Positions 1-21,345 of a DNA stretch of 64,000 nt are shown here, in pieces. Position 1 is the first letter of the stretch. Each line of letters opens with the position of its first letter. The notes beneath the pieces were generated by a model that saw only the letters and a list, made by a program, of their open reading frames with translations, had not been told where the DNA came from and did no database searches. A program made the translations under genes and the position numbers. The DNA is from the human T2T-CHM13v2.0 reference genome, Homo sapiens: NCBI RefSeq assembly GCF_009914755.1, contig NC_060946.1; one strand, 5' to 3'.

Positions 1-627
1 AATTTTCCCATGTTTTAAAATCCTCCATTCATGGCAAACTATTAGTTAATTCTTTTTTTTTTTTTTTTTTTAGATGGAGTCTTGGTCTATTGCCCAGGCT
101 GGAGTGCAGTGGTGCAATCTCGGTTCACTGCAACCTCTGTCTCCTAGTTCAAGCAATTCTCCTGCTTCAGCCTCCCAAGTAGCTGGGATCACAGGCATGC
201 ACCACCACACCCAGCTAATTTTGGCATTTTTAGTAGAGACGGGTTTTGCCGTGTTGGCCAGGCTGGTCTGAAACTCCTGACCTCAGGCGATCCACCCGCC
301 TCGGCCTCCCAAAGTGCTGGGATTACAGGTGTGAACCACTGCACCCGGCCGGCAAACTATCTGAATTCTGATCAGGATTCTGGGATAAGACAGCAAGATG
401 AATGGTGTTGGATGCTTATAAAAGTATCCTTTTTTTGGGGGGGGGGGGGTTCGGGTAAAAAAAGTACTGAACAGGGAGTCAAAAAATCCCAGATTGAAGG
501 TCTTTTTTGTTCCCTAATGATCAATGAATCTTGAGCAAGCCACTTCTTTGCTTGCCTTGGTTTCTTCATCTTTAAAAAAATTATTATTTTTATTTATTTA
601 TTTTAGTTTATTTATTTTATTTTTTGA

Positions 628-774
<147 letters not shown>

Positions 775-3700
775 TAGTAGAGACGGGGTTTCTCCATGTT
801 GGTCAGGCTGGTCTCGAACTTCCGACCTCAGGTGATCCACCCGTCTCGGCCTCCCAAAGTGCTGGGATTACAGGCATGAGCCACTGTGCCTAACCTATTT
901 TTATTTTTATTTTTTGTAGAGACAGGGTCTTGCCATGTTGCTCCTCGCCTCAAGCAATTCTCCTTCCTCAGCCTCCCAAAGAGCTGGGATTACAGGATTA
1001 CAGGCATGAGCCACCGTGCTCAGCCAGTTTCTTCAACTTTAAATGGAACGATGAAGCATGCCTGCCTGGCTTCTGGATTTGTGTGAAGATCAAATTGAAT
1101 TAGGTCCGAAAGTGCCTTTTGCAGGTTGTAAAGAGCCATTCGGACATAAAGGCTCAGTTTGTCTTCACCATCTTCCCAGGAAGCATCTGCTGAATGGGGT
1201 GACCAGTAGGTCACTGGAATGAGTCACCGAGGTAACACACTAGCAGTGCCGAATGAACAGCGGCTGTCATATTGACCCACTAAAACACCAGGTGGACAGG
1301 GGATTATCATTGGAGGCCCAGAGTGCTTAGGTGACGTGCCCAGGGTCTCACTGTTACAGAGGGGGCTTAGGGTCTGGGATGGGCCCAGGACTTCCCAACT
1401 CCTGGCCCTGTCCTTGCTGCTCCCCGACCCTGCCCATTCCAAAGGTAAACTGAGCCAGTGGTCCTCCATCTCAGAGCAGGCCTGAGTGTGTGCTGACCCC
1501 AAGCCAGATGCAAGAGTTACCCTAAAATCTTCCTGCCCTAAGGGCTTTACAAGTTGGTTAGTCCTGGGATCTTTCCATGTAGCTATACGTAGCAAACCAT
1601 GTCTCCCAAGGACGTCCTACCTGGAACGCCAATGGGCAGGACAGAGAAAGTGGAGTCCTGAGTCTCACCCTTACCCACCGCATCAGCTCCGCAGCCTTGG
1701 GGATTTTTGTTTGTTTGTTTTTGAGACGGGGTCTCACTCTGTCACCTAGGCTGGAGTGCAGTGGCATGATCATGGCTCACTGCAGCCTCAACCTCCCGGA
1801 CTCAAGTGATCCTCCTGTCTCAGCCTCCTGAGTAGCAGGACCATAGGCATGTGCCACCATGCCCCGCTAATTTTTTCTATTTTTTGGTAGAGATGGGGGT
1901 CTCACTATGTTGCCCTGGCTGGCCCCAAACTTCTGGGCTCAAGTGATCCTCTTGCCTCAGCCTCCCAAAGTGCTGGTATTACCGACATGAGTCATCACCG
2001 ATACCTGGCCCCTCGGGCCTTCTTATTTTTCTCAAGTATCTCATGTTCACTGCCCCTCACCCAGGCCTTTACTTCTCCTCCTCCCTCTCCAGAGGCAGTG
2101 TGCCTAGCACTTAAAAGCAGGGACTTCAGGCTGGGTGCAGTAGCCGTGCATCTAGTCCCAGCAACTCAGGAGGCTGACGCAGGAGGATTGCTTTAGGCCA
2201 GGAGTTGGAAACCAGCCTGGGCAACCTAGTGAGACTCATCTCTACAAAACAAAAAAGCAGGAACTCTGGAGTCCAAATACTGGTCCCTGCACTTATCTGC
2301 TGTGTGTCCTTGGACAAGTTACTTACCCTTTCTGGGCTCTGGCCCCTTCATCTGTGATATGGGGGTATCGTGGTAGCACAATCACAGCGCTGTGTGAGGA
2401 ATAAATGGGAGTCCTCACATCCGGCCTGTAGCAGCACCTGAGCCCCGGCGCACACCCCCCAGGCTCACTGTTTACTTCCCACAGCATAGATGTGGGCCCT
2501 CCTGGAGGCCATTTCTGATACCCTACATCCTACTTCTCCGCCCTGCATCCGATCCATAAACCCTCATGGAGTGCTCCCCGGTGCCAGGCTGGACTAGACA
2601 TGATGCGGAGACTAGCAGGAACCAGACAGGGCCTCCTCTGGGAGCTCTGAGACAGGAGCTCAGAACCCTGTGCGGGAAGCCCCAGGAACTTGCTCTTGAA
2701 CATTCTCGGGCTCCCCAAGGCCTCCTTCCCTGGGAGCTGAATGAATTGGCCTCACCTGCCAGTCCCCAGGTGACCCCCGGGAAGGAGCTGAGAGCCTGGG
2801 ACGGGTGCTGGGTTCCTTCTTCATTTTGTTCCTCTGGGTCTGTCCCTGTGCTGAGAAGAATGGCCCCTGGCCCTCTTAACCCAGGAATGCTGAGCATTTC
2901 TTAACACCACTAAGGAGGAAGGGGCGGAAGCTTCCTCCCCCAAGCTCTAGAAGGATCCAAATTATTTGCTAAAACCACAGTCCAGGCGAGGTCTGGGCAG
3001 ATGGGGTTCTCAGAAACCAGGCAGAGATTCTGGCTCTGATTACTCTGTGGGGAGCGGGAAGGGCAGCTGTCCCTAAAAAGGAAAATTAGCCACGCATGGG
3101 GGTGGATGGATGGAGGTGAGACCGGAAAAGAACTCTTCTCCGCAGGGCTGTGGGGCTGCCCTGGACATGCATGGGCAGCTGGTCCTCCCAGCCCAGGCCC
3201 CTTCTCATCCCACTCCCTACTCCAAGTCTCCACCAGGTCATCCTTTTCTCTCTTCCCAGGCCTTATTTGTCAAATGCCTCTTTCTAGGACCTCTGTTGGC
3301 TGGAGTCTGGTCTCAGATCATTCATTCCATAGCTATTTACTATGCGCCAGAAGCTGCACTTACTGGGGGTCCAGGCAGCTCAGGGACGGGGACAGTGTGC
3401 TTCATGCGGGCAGGAGCTATGTCGTGTCTTCCGTGGTGTCCCCAGGGCCTGGCTCAGCGTGGCCACAGGCTAGACACAGGAGCAGGACTTGGCAGGGTTG
3501 GCCCGGCTTTCCCAGCACCTCCAGGCCCACTCTTTGTCCTCACCTGCATCCCACGGCTCCTTCCTCTCCCCGTCCCTTCCCCAGCTCTGCTCCCCCAGCC
3601 CCCACTCCCCTGTTTGCTCAGCTGCCTGTGGGGGCCTGCACTCCACCTCCACTGGGCCCACAGCCAAGGTCAACAGGACCAGCCTCCTGGCCCTGGAGAT

Positions 3701-3837
3701 GTGGGTGCAACACAGGCTCCAACTGAGGGGCACCAGACTCCCCGGACTATTCCTGGGCCGGCTCTCCCCTACCCACCTCCGCCACATTCTGAGTGGTCTC
3801 CCAAATACAGACCCAGGAGGCCAATCTCCTGGGCTCC

Positions 3838-4799
<962 letters not shown>

Positions 4800-5524
4800 T
4801 AAGTGTTGGAGGCCACTGTCTAGGGGTAGAAGCAGCCACAGAAACAGATAGAGATACAGAGAAACAGGTGACTCAGTGAGGTCAGGGCACAGGACCTTTA
4901 TGACATGTGGGGAGGGTGAGGTCTGAGAATGGAGGAGGGAAAGACCGGCTGTGTGGAGGGAAGCGGGTGCCTGTGGGGCCTCGCCCCTGGAGCCCTGGGA
5001 CCCTCCTGCGCTAGGGGTGCAGAGTCCACAGCGAGGGACAGTGCACAGTTAGGCAGGCTCTATGCAGTCAGTTTTACTCCAACCCTTTGTTGGCAAGAGG
5101 GGAGGGAATCGGTTATATTAAAACAAACACAGACAGAGCAGGGAGTGCGAAGGCCACATTCATAAGGTTCCTTCAGTAAACAACAAAGACCTGGAGAACT
5201 GTCGAGTGAGCCTCTAGTTCAGTTCCTTGACCCGCCTTTTCCCTCCCCACTTTCTCCTGTATCCCACCAGCTCCTCTTGCAATGAGGCACTGCTGTGGGT
5301 TTGAGAAGCGCTGAACGGCCCAGAGCTCAGCCTGGACTAGAAAGACTCAGGTGCGCCAGGCGTAGTGGCTCACGCCTGTAATCCCAGCACTTTAGGAGGC
5401 CGAGGCAGGCGGATCACCTAAGGTTGGGAGTTCAACACCAGGCTGACCAACATGGAGAAACCCTGTTTCTACTAAAAATACAAAATTAGCCGGGCGTGGT
5501 GGCACATGCCTGTAATCCCAGCTA

Positions 5525-5668
<144 letters not shown>

Positions 5669-6788
5669 TCAGGTGCTCCTTCATTCAACCACAGTCACAG
5701 AGATGCCCAGCCAGGTTCTTCCTGCCAACATGCACGTCTGAGGCAGGGACCTGGCCGAGGGCTGGCTGGTCAATAAAAGGCCCCTCCCTTCACGGCCTTC
5801 CCTGTCCCCACCTCCTAACCTCTGGCTTTCACCAGCTTCCTCTAGCTTCTTTTCAACACAGCTTTCACTGCTGGCGGCCTCTGTGTCTTTGATATCCCGC
5901 TAGGTGCCGGGCTCTCTGCTCAGCAGTGCGGATGCAAGAGGAAACCAGGGTGGCCCATCAAAGCAGCCCCTGGGTTTGAATCCTGGCCCCACCACTTAAA
6001 GCAGAGTGCGGGAAGTTTCCTTTCCTCGTCTGTCAAATTAGGGTATTTCCCCACCCTCACACCTGGCTTAAGGCACTCATCTTCAGCTCAGGAGGAATCC
6101 TGCTCACAGTTACAAAGGCTCAGTTACTCAACCTCCTGCTGCAATAGACCACACCCTCCACTTCAAGAACAGTCCCCAGAAAAGCAGCCACTGTGACTGC
6201 CGGGTTCACCACAGCGTCGCCAGTGTCTCTCACCGGGTCTGGCACGCGGCAGGGGCACAATAAATACCCCCCCTTCATTCCTTCAGCTTATGCATATTAA
6301 TCATCAGACAAGTGCTAAGACTTAGGCATATCTTTTCTCATTTTCCAGCTGAGCAAAGTGAGACTCAGAGAGGTCAAGTGGCTTGCCCATAGTCACACAG
6401 CAAGTAAGTGACTAAGCTGATATTTAGAACTAGTTCTTCCACCAGACTTTTTCCACTTGACCCAAAGTGTCAAAGTGTAGAAATATGGAGGCAAGGAAAG
6501 GGTTGGTCTTTTGGGAAGATGACCAGAACAGCAGATGAGAAATGGGCTGGGGCAGGTTCCCTATGGGCATTGAAGGTCAAGTGGGGGATAGGAGGGCTTA
6601 GGCTGTCATCCTGTAGGCCACAGGACTGGAGGTTTGTTCCTGCTTTGGGCCCTTGTAAAACTAAAGTGGAGGCCGGGCATGGTGGCTCACGCCTGTAATC
6701 CCAGCACTCTGGGAGGCCGAGGTGGGCAGATCACCTGAGGTTGGGAGTTTGAGACCAGCCTGACCAACAAGGAGAAACCCCATCTCTA

Positions 6789-6947
<159 letters not shown>

Positions 6948-7196
6948 TCAAACAAACAAAAAATAAAGTGTCACAGGCAGACGGCTTATCACACTACTCA
7001 GTTTTCTTACCTGAAAACATGGCACAGATGTACTGATAAGGGTTAATAATCCCAGTGGAAAGAGTTTGAGCCTTGGCGTCAAATATATCTGGGTTAAAAT
7101 TCCAGCACTACCACTTCCTGGTTGGGGGACCTCAGCAAACAATAAAATGATTTACCCGTCTGCCTCTCAGTGTCCAGCTCAGGAGAATAGGTCTGA

Positions 7197-7331
<135 letters not shown>

Positions 7332-7501
7332 TAGCTGGTACTACAGGCGTGCGCCACCACGCCCAGCTAATTTTTGCATTTATTTATTTATTTTTTTAGT
7401 AGAGACTAGGTTTCAGCATGTTGGCCAGGCTGTTCTCGTACTCCTGACCTCAAGTGATCCACCCGCCTCAGCTTCCCAAAGTGCTGGGATTACAGGCGTG
7501 A

Positions 7502-8041
<540 letters not shown>

Positions 8042-8292
8042 TAGAGATGAGGTCTCACTTTGTTACCTAGGCTGATCTCGAACTCCTGGACACAAGCATC
8101 TTCCTGCCTCGGCCATCCAAAGTGCTGGGATTACAGGTGTGAGCCACAGTGCCTGGCTTCTTTTTCTTTTTGTTTCTTTTCTTTTTTTTTTAAGAGTCAG
8201 GGTCTCAAGCCGGGAGCGGTGTAATCCCAGCACTTTGGGAGGCTGAAGTGGGTGGATCACTTGAGGTCAGGAGTTCGAGACCAGCCTGGTCA

Positions 8293-8606
<314 letters not shown>

Positions 8607-8947
8607 TGAGATTACTAGTGTGAACCACCACACCTGGATAATTTAAAAAAATTTTTTTGTAGAGATGGGAATCTCACATATTGCCCGGCCTGGTCTCGAA
8701 CTCCTGGTCTCAAGGGATCCTCCCACCTCCCAAAGTACAAAGATTACAAGCATGAGCCACCACACCCAGCTAATTTCTTATTTCAGTAAATGGGGCCTGG
8801 AGGTGGAAATTCAGCACTGGACACAAACCCTGGAGCCTCTAGAGCCTAATTCAGAATACAGTCAGAGAATGGACACCCACCAAGTCCAGGCACCTGGTTC
8901 CTGAAGCCCCCAGTGATTTAAAATAAGGAGCTCCCATATAAGGTAAC

Positions 8948-9140
8948 AAGGGTGGTCAGATTTAACAAATACAAATACGGAACAGCTGGCTTGAATTTCA
9001 GATAAATAAATAACTTTCTAGCATAAGTATGTCCCAAATATTGCATGGGACAAACTTACACTAAAAAGTTCTTTTTCTGTATTGGAAATGCAAATAATTC
9101 AAATTTAAGTAGGCATCTTGTATTTTATCGGGCAACCCTA
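8948..9140. mobile_element. MER53 palindromic hAT-type MITE
   Basis: Ends agggtggtcaga / tcgggcaacccta with central inverted repeat ataagtatgtccca...tgggacaaacttac. Confidence 0.85.
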
Positions 9141-9241
9141 AACACAGTGAAAGAAAAAAATGAGAAAGTTCTGTATGTGCTGATATGAAATGCTGTCTGT
9201 TTGGGCTGTGGTAACAAAATACCTTAGACATGGGTAATTTA

Positions 9242-9514
<273 letters not shown>

Positions 9515-11234
9515 CTACAGCCTGGGCAACAAGAGCGAAACTCCGTCTTAAAAAAAAAAAATGGCCTGGTGTGGTGGCTCACGCCTGTAATCCCAGCACT
9601 TTGGGAGGCCAAGGCAGGCAGATCACGAGGTCAAGCGATTGAAACCATCCTGGCCAACATGGTGAAATCCCGTCTCTACTAAAAATACTGGGCATGGTGG
9701 CGTGTGCCTGTAATCTCAGCTACTAGGGAGGCTGAGGCAAGACCATCGCTTGAACCAGGGAGTTGGAGGTTGCAAAGCGATACTCTGTCTCAAAAAAAAA
9801 GAAGAGTATAGGAAGTATGTTAAGTATAAGCAACTGGAAACATGGGCTGCTTCTTGGAAGAGGACCTAGGTGGCAGGAACAAGACAGGGTAGAAGACTTT
9901 GTCTTACTGTGCCCGCTTTGTACCTTTTGAATTTTGTACCATGTAACTATTTCATGCAGGCAAAAAAATGAATAACATAATTAGGCTCTTTTGTCCTGAC
10001 CCCACTCCCTGAATCCTTAACCTCCTGCATTTTAGAAATACTCCAGAGCTTGTCTTATTCTTACCAAAATTCCTGTAGGCCTTTGACTCCTGACTCACCC
10101 TGTCTGCAGTGTCCCCCAGCCTGCAGGGGTGGGTGAGTCACAGCAACCCTCAGCCACCAGCTGTTTTCCATCTGCCGGCCTTCCTGGGGGAGAGTCCCTT
10201 CCAGCTGTAGCCCCTGTCTATGGGAAAAGTCTCATGTCCTTTTCATCTCTCCCCACTGCACACTGTCTCTCACCCTAGACTATAATTCAAGTGAATTTGA
10301 CCTCCATTTATTGGACAAGCCAGGCACTGTGCTAGGAATAATGAAAACCATTAGACAAATCTGAAAGGGAGGGATCACTAGACTAAGGGGTAGAAATGTG
10401 GAGATGGGAGTAACTTTCTGCATGTCTTTGCAGGAGGTGGCATGTGAGAAGGCTTCTTGGAAGAGGTGGCACCTGAGCTGTGGAGGGAACAGCACTCCAA
10501 AGGGTAGTCTAGAGGGACCAGCGTGAGCAAGAGCCTAGAGTAAAAAAGATGAGGTTGGGGCTGGGTGCGGTGGCTCACGCCTGTAATCCCAGCACTTTGG
10601 GAGTCTGAGGTGGGTGGATCACTTGAGGTCAGGAGTTCAAGACCAGTCTGGCCAAAATGGTGAAACCCTCATATCTACTAAAAATACAAAATTAGCCAGG
10701 TGTGGTTGTGCATGCCTGTGATCCCCGCTACTAGGAGAGTACGCTGAGGCAGGAGAATCGCCTGAACCCAGGAGGCGGAGTTTGCAGTGAGCCAAGATCA
10801 CGCCACTGTACTCCAACCTGGGTGACACAGTGAAACTCCGTCTCAAAAAAAAACAAAAAACAAAAAACAAACAAAAAAAAAAACACAAAGATTAGGTTGG
10901 AAAGGTGACTGAGGCCAGATTCATAGGGCTTGATGACTGATAGTGTGAATCTGGTGGTGGCTGAGGAGAAGGTTGAACAGAGCGGCATGTTCTAGAAAGC
11001 TTGCTCTGTCATCTCCTTGACGTTTCTCTCTTTTCTAAAAAATTTTTTAAGCCAGTTAAGGTTAGCAGTGGAGGTGTACAACTTTAGTGACACAAATGTG
11101 AATAAGTTCTGATAACTGACTGCCATTGGGCCAGCCTTCCTTGAAGTTTCTCTTGCTGGGCCTGTGGTGTTCACTCAGTGGAGACAGTGTTTGTCTGAGA
11201 GTTGTAAGAAAAGCATTCTCCTGAGCAAAGCTAG

Positions 11235-11510
<276 letters not shown>

Positions 11511-11880
11511 TGAGTAGCTGGGATTATAGGCACCCGCCACCACGCCCAGCTAATTTTTGTATTTTCAGTAGAGACAGGGTTTCACCATGTTGGCCAGGCT
11601 GGTCTTGAACTCCTGACCTCAAGTGACCTGCCTGCCTCGGCCTCCCAAAGTGCTGGGATTACAGGCGTGAGCCACCGGGCCCAACCTAGCTCAGTGCTCT
11701 CTACACAGAGCCCACTGCCTCCCACAGGGCTGGGAGCTCAGGGCTGGCATCAGGGAGGGCTTCTAGAAGCAGGGCCTTGCCAGGCACTGGACCCCAGGCA
11801 GTCCCATGCGGGTGGCACAGATGGGTGCTGCTCCAGGAAGGACACAGGCTTTCCCCTGGACCTCCCTACTCTGTAACCTA

Positions 11881-12312
<432 letters not shown>

Positions 12313-12315
12313 TCA

Positions 12316-12743
<428 letters not shown>

Positions 12744-13473
12744 TTATCAGAACCTGAGTCTGCCAGCTGAATGCTGGGCCCTGCCCAGAATGACTGACAC
12801 AGGACAGGTGAGGAGGGAGCGGTCCGAGGGCTTTGGCTGTGCCCTGGGAGTGGCTGGGTGGAACTTCTTCGGTTGCATCTGGCCCTGGGCCCCGTGTCAA
12901 GGTGGCACCGAGAAGGGAGGTGCCCACGGTGGAAGCTTATGGTGATGTGGAAAGTGCACCAGGCCCAGGCTCGCCACCCACTACCTACGTGGCCTTAGGC
13001 AAGCCGCTTACCTCCCTGAGCCTTAGCAACCTCATCTGGGAAATGGGGATAATGCCACTGTATCTACGTTGCAGGTGGGGTGGGCGTGCTTCAGAGGTTG
13101 CTCCAGGGAGCTTTAGAATCCCCTGGGTGACTCCTTTAAACCCAGCTCACTGGGCCCCACCCTCAGTTCCTGCTTCAGTCTGCAGAGGGGCTGAGAATGT
13201 GTATTTCCAACAGGTTCCCTAACAAGCTCCCAGGGGGTTCTGATAAGAGGATCTCTACAAAAAGCTAGGAGATGGGGAGGGAGGGTTGCAGAACACAACC
13301 TGGAAAGGACTAAATGCAAACTTCACACTCTCATCACTACAGCTAGACACAGGGTGCCCAGAAGGGGACGAGATGACATGGCATACAGGGCGGATCAGGG
13401 CTCTGAGCTCTCTCCAACAACTGCTCCCATTAATGCTGAAGTATCCCATAAAATGCAAGATGTCAAATCATTT

Positions 13474-13633
13474 TCTCTCCCTCCCTCCGTCCCTCCCTCC
13501 CAAAGTTCTCCTTCCTCCCTCCCTCCTTCCTTCCCTCCCTTCCTCCCTCCCTCCTTCCTTCCCTCCCTTCCTCCCTCCCTCCCTTCACTCCTTCCCTCCT
13601 TCCCTCCTTCCCTCCCTCCTTCCTTCCTTCTTT
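13474..13633. repeat. (CCCT/CCTT)n polypyrimidine tract
   Basis: Direct reading; abuts an old Alu fragment. Confidence 0.95.
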
Positions 13634-14021
13634 CAAGACAGGGTCTTGCTCTGTCACCCAAACTGGAGTGCGATGGTGTGATCACGGCTCACTGCAGCCT
13701 TGAAAGTTGCACTTCCCACCTCAGCCCTGCAAGCAGCTGCAACCACAGGCATGCCCAACCATGCCTGGCTTTTTTTTTTTTTTTTTTTTTTTTTTTGGAG
13801 AGATCGGGTCTCATTATATTGCCCAGGCTGGTCTCAAACTCCTGCGCTCAAGAGCTCCTCCTGCCTCGGCCTCCCAAAGTGCTAGGATTTGTCAAGTCAT
13901 TTTCTTATGCCAGCACTCTGCTAAATGCTAAATGCTTCACATGAATCACGGTACATCAACTTCCCCCCCACCAAGTCCATGAAGAAGGTTATCAATATCC
14001 CCATTTGACAGGTAAGGAACC

Positions 14022-15320
<1,299 letters not shown>

Positions 15321-15989
15321 TAAACCTGAGACTCAGAAACGCAAATGCGGTCTTTCTGTCTGCAGAAATGGGGCTCAGACTCAACCACAAGTTGACTCAA
15401 CAGCTGACCAGGGTCAGGAGTTGAAAGTACCAACAATGCCAAATTTCTTTTCCCGGGGATGAGTGTTGGGGAATTCTGCTGTTTTTAAATGTCAGAATTG
15501 TTATGGGAAAGAGGAATGGTTTGGGTCAGGCAGAGCAAAGAGTTTCCATATTTTGGACCAACTCCAATTGATGAGAACTGGCTGTGCAGAGCTTTGTGAA
15601 GCGGAAGCAAAGTCTTGAGGCTGAGCCCAGGCTCCCGGGGAAAGGGTGCTGGGATCGACTGGCAATGTCTGCTCTGGGTGTTCCATGGGAGAGGAGCTGT
15701 GTCTGCTGTTCTGGATTAGATGCGTTTCCCCTGCGCTGGCACTGGGTCTGACTCTTCTTCCCTGGGCTTATTAGTATGCCTGAAACAGAGCAAACAATTT
15801 GTGAGGGAGGGAGGAAAGAGGAAGGAAGGGAGGAGGAACACAATGAAAGAGAAGTTTGTATTCACGGAGGCCAGGACCAGAACAGACAGGTGGCCTTCTG
15901 GGGTGGGGAGCTTCTGATTGGCCTTCCCAGCATCTTTCACCTCCCTCTTCTGGTCATAGCAACCCCTGTCTTTGGGGATCATCTTAATC

Positions 15990-17120
<1,131 letters not shown>

Positions 17121-17468
17121 TGGTGGGTAGTGAGCACAAACTCTGTTCGTGGCAAGGATCTGCCCCTCCCCCATCCATCTGGTGATGGTGAAACTGCCAA
17201 ACACAGGGTACTGTCCCCTCTTCTCAGAGGCAGGCCTGTGACCCGAGCTAGGCAACCCGGCTCTCTTTCCCAGAAATCGTCCCTTTTTTTTTTTTTTTTT
17301 TTTTGGAGATAGGGTCTCGCTCTGTCACCCAGGCTGGAGTGCAGTGGTGCAATCACGGCTCACTGCAACCTCTAACCTCTGCCTTCTGGGCTTCAAGTGA
17401 TCCTCCCACCTCAGCCTCCTGAGTAGCTGAGACTACAGGTGCACACCACCACGACCAGCCAATCTCTA

Positions 17469-17837
<369 letters not shown>

Positions 17838-18255
17838 TCAAGCGATCCTCCTGCCTCAGCCTCCTGAAGTGCTGGGATCACAGGTGTGAGACACCACACC
17901 CAGCCAGAAATTGAACCTTGGTGAGAGACACTGAGTGGGGAAGGGCAGAGACTGGGAGTTAGGAGTTACAGCATCTGAAGGCCACATCCTGGAGAGATGG
18001 CCACAGACTCAGCCAGTGAAGAGGAAGTGCTGGGGCTGGGGCCAGAACCCTGTCTGTGTGACCCCTGAGACTGAGCTCAGACACCCCTAACCCTGAAGGC
18101 ACCTCTCTTTCAGGACCAACAGCCAAAGGCACAGAAGCCACTGGCCTGGGAGGGACTGTCCCTGGGAATGACCCTGCTCTCTGAGGGCTGGGCATCTGGA
18201 CTCCCTCTGCTCCAGCTCCTCTGTGGTTGTATTCCTCCATTTCTATTCTAATTAG

Positions 18256-18571
<316 letters not shown>

Positions 18572-20664
18572 TGATCCACCCACCTCAGTCTCCCAAAGTG
18601 TTTGGATTACAGGCGTCGGCCACCGCGCCTGGCCCAGAAAATCTCTTTAGTCGGGACTTGAGAAAGGGACTGGGTTCCATCTGGTGGGAATGGGAGGGAG
18701 GTTCAGTGTCTGCTGCCAGTGAGACCTGGGTTTGTTCCCTCCCCCCTGGCTGTGTGATGGAGGCAAGACCCTTCATTCTTTGAGCCTCAGTGTCCTGTCT
18801 GTGAAACAGGCAATGAGCACATTTATCTCACAGGGTCCCGGTGAGGCACATTGGGATAACATAGGTGAAGCCCTTAACACAGTTCTGGGCAAAGCAATGT
18901 GACTTCTCTCCTCCCCAGCGGCACTTGCACCACGTGGGGAGAAACTAGGTTAATACATCCCTGCCACACATAACTACCAAGTGCCTGCTGTGTGCTGGCC
19001 ACAACACTAAGAGCCTTACATGTGGTCCTTCATTTAATTTTCAAAGTGATGACGATGATTCTCAGTGCACAGATGGAGACTCTGAGCCCAGAGAGGCTAA
19101 ATAAACTGCTCTCAAGGACACCAGCACTTTCTGCAAAGAGCCCCAGATCCTAACTAGGACTTACGTTGCCTGCGCTGGGAAGAGACCCAAATGCCTCCCG
19201 GCTGTAGGAGTCCCTGATTGCAGACGTAGGGTCTCAGTCCCCGCCCCAAGAAGCTGTAGGTCCAGTTGAAGAAGAGACACACACAAGGAAAAGGAAATTG
19301 AACTGAGAAGGCAAAGCGTGACTGTGGGGCCTCTGCTATATCCAGGGTCTCCAGAGAAAGGACTAGAAGCCACTATTCCAATTCTGAGGCCTCAGGGAAG
19401 CAGCAAGTTCCTGTGAGGAAACAGGATCCCACAGGTTTCATCCTCCTCCTGTCACTCTTCTAGGTGGGGAGGGAGGGCTCCCCCACGTCCCACATAAGCA
19501 CACAGAAAGGAGAGGCCAGGGCAGCACAGGCTCAGAACCTGAAGGACTTGGGGACATCGCCAGCCCCATATCCTTGTTTTATACACCAGGTAGGGCAGGA
19601 ACTATGGCAGGTCCACAGAAAGGGGCCGGCAGAAGCACAGCCACGACGCAGGCCCCCTGGGCTGTCCAGTTTCTCCCGGACAGAACATTTCCCTTCCCTA
19701 GCAGCCCCCAACGTGGAGCACTGGATTTGGAGTCAGGAGACCTGTGTCTTCTGCAATCACTCTGAGACCAACTCCTGTGTAATCGTGAGTGAGCGCCTTC
19801 CCATCTCTGGGCCTCAGCTTCCACCTCTCTAAAATGAGGGGGTTGGATTCCATCCAATGTTATAAGAGCCAAAGGTTATGAGTTGGTAGCGCCCCCACCA
19901 TTCCGGGTTTCTCCAATCTCTCCAGGGGCCTCAGAGACCCCAGACAGAAGAGGAACTTGGACAGAGGCTTGGGTGGGGGTGGAGGTGGGGATTCTGAGCC
20001 GTGGATCCACCCTCTGCTGAGTGCCAGGCCTACAGGCAGGCAGGCAGAGCAGGCAAGAGCCGTCCCCTACACAAAGGGAATTGGCCCCTCATGGTGGGAC
20101 AGAGGCCAGAACCCAGCTGGGCCCTCAACCACCCTTCTTTCCTCCACAACCCCCTCCCAGGGATGGTGGCATCCGAAGCCAGCCTGGCAAGGGAACTGGT
20201 TGCCACGTGGGGACTTCCCGGAGCTGGGGGTGATGGGAAACAGGGTGACGGGAAACGTCCTGAGGTTGCTTCCTCCCCTTTTGTTTGGATCTCAGACTGA
20301 CCTGGGAACCAACTGGGCAGCCATGGGGTATTCTGATGGTGGGGAGTTGGAGGGGGAGAAGGGACCTGCCCCATCCCCTCAGGCTGCTTTGCAAGTTAAA
20401 ATAGCTGTGAAGATCTATCTCCCAGAATTCTAAAAGCTAAAATACCTTTTGAACCACCACCAGACCATTATGCCTGGAGTGGAAGGATGCTTAGAGGAAT
20501 CCCTTCTTTTTTTTGAGATGAAGTCTCGCTCCATCACCCAGGCTGGAGTGCAGTGGCGCTATCTCGGCTCACTGCAACCTCCACTTCCCAGGGTTCAAGC
20601 AATTCTCCTGCTTTAGCCTCTCGATTAGCTGGGATTACAGGCGTGCACCACCACGCCCGGCTAA

Positions 20665-20850
<186 letters not shown>

Positions 20851-21017
20851 TAATCCCAGCACTATGGGAGGCTGAGTCGTGAAGATCATTTGAGCCCAGG
20901 AGTTCAAGACCAGCCTGGGCAACATAGGAGAACTCGTCTCTATTCAAAAAAATACCAAAAACCAAAAACCAAAAAATTGTAAGTCATGACCCACTGGTGG
21001 ATCTTGAAATTAATTAA

Positions 21018-21345
<328 letters not shown>

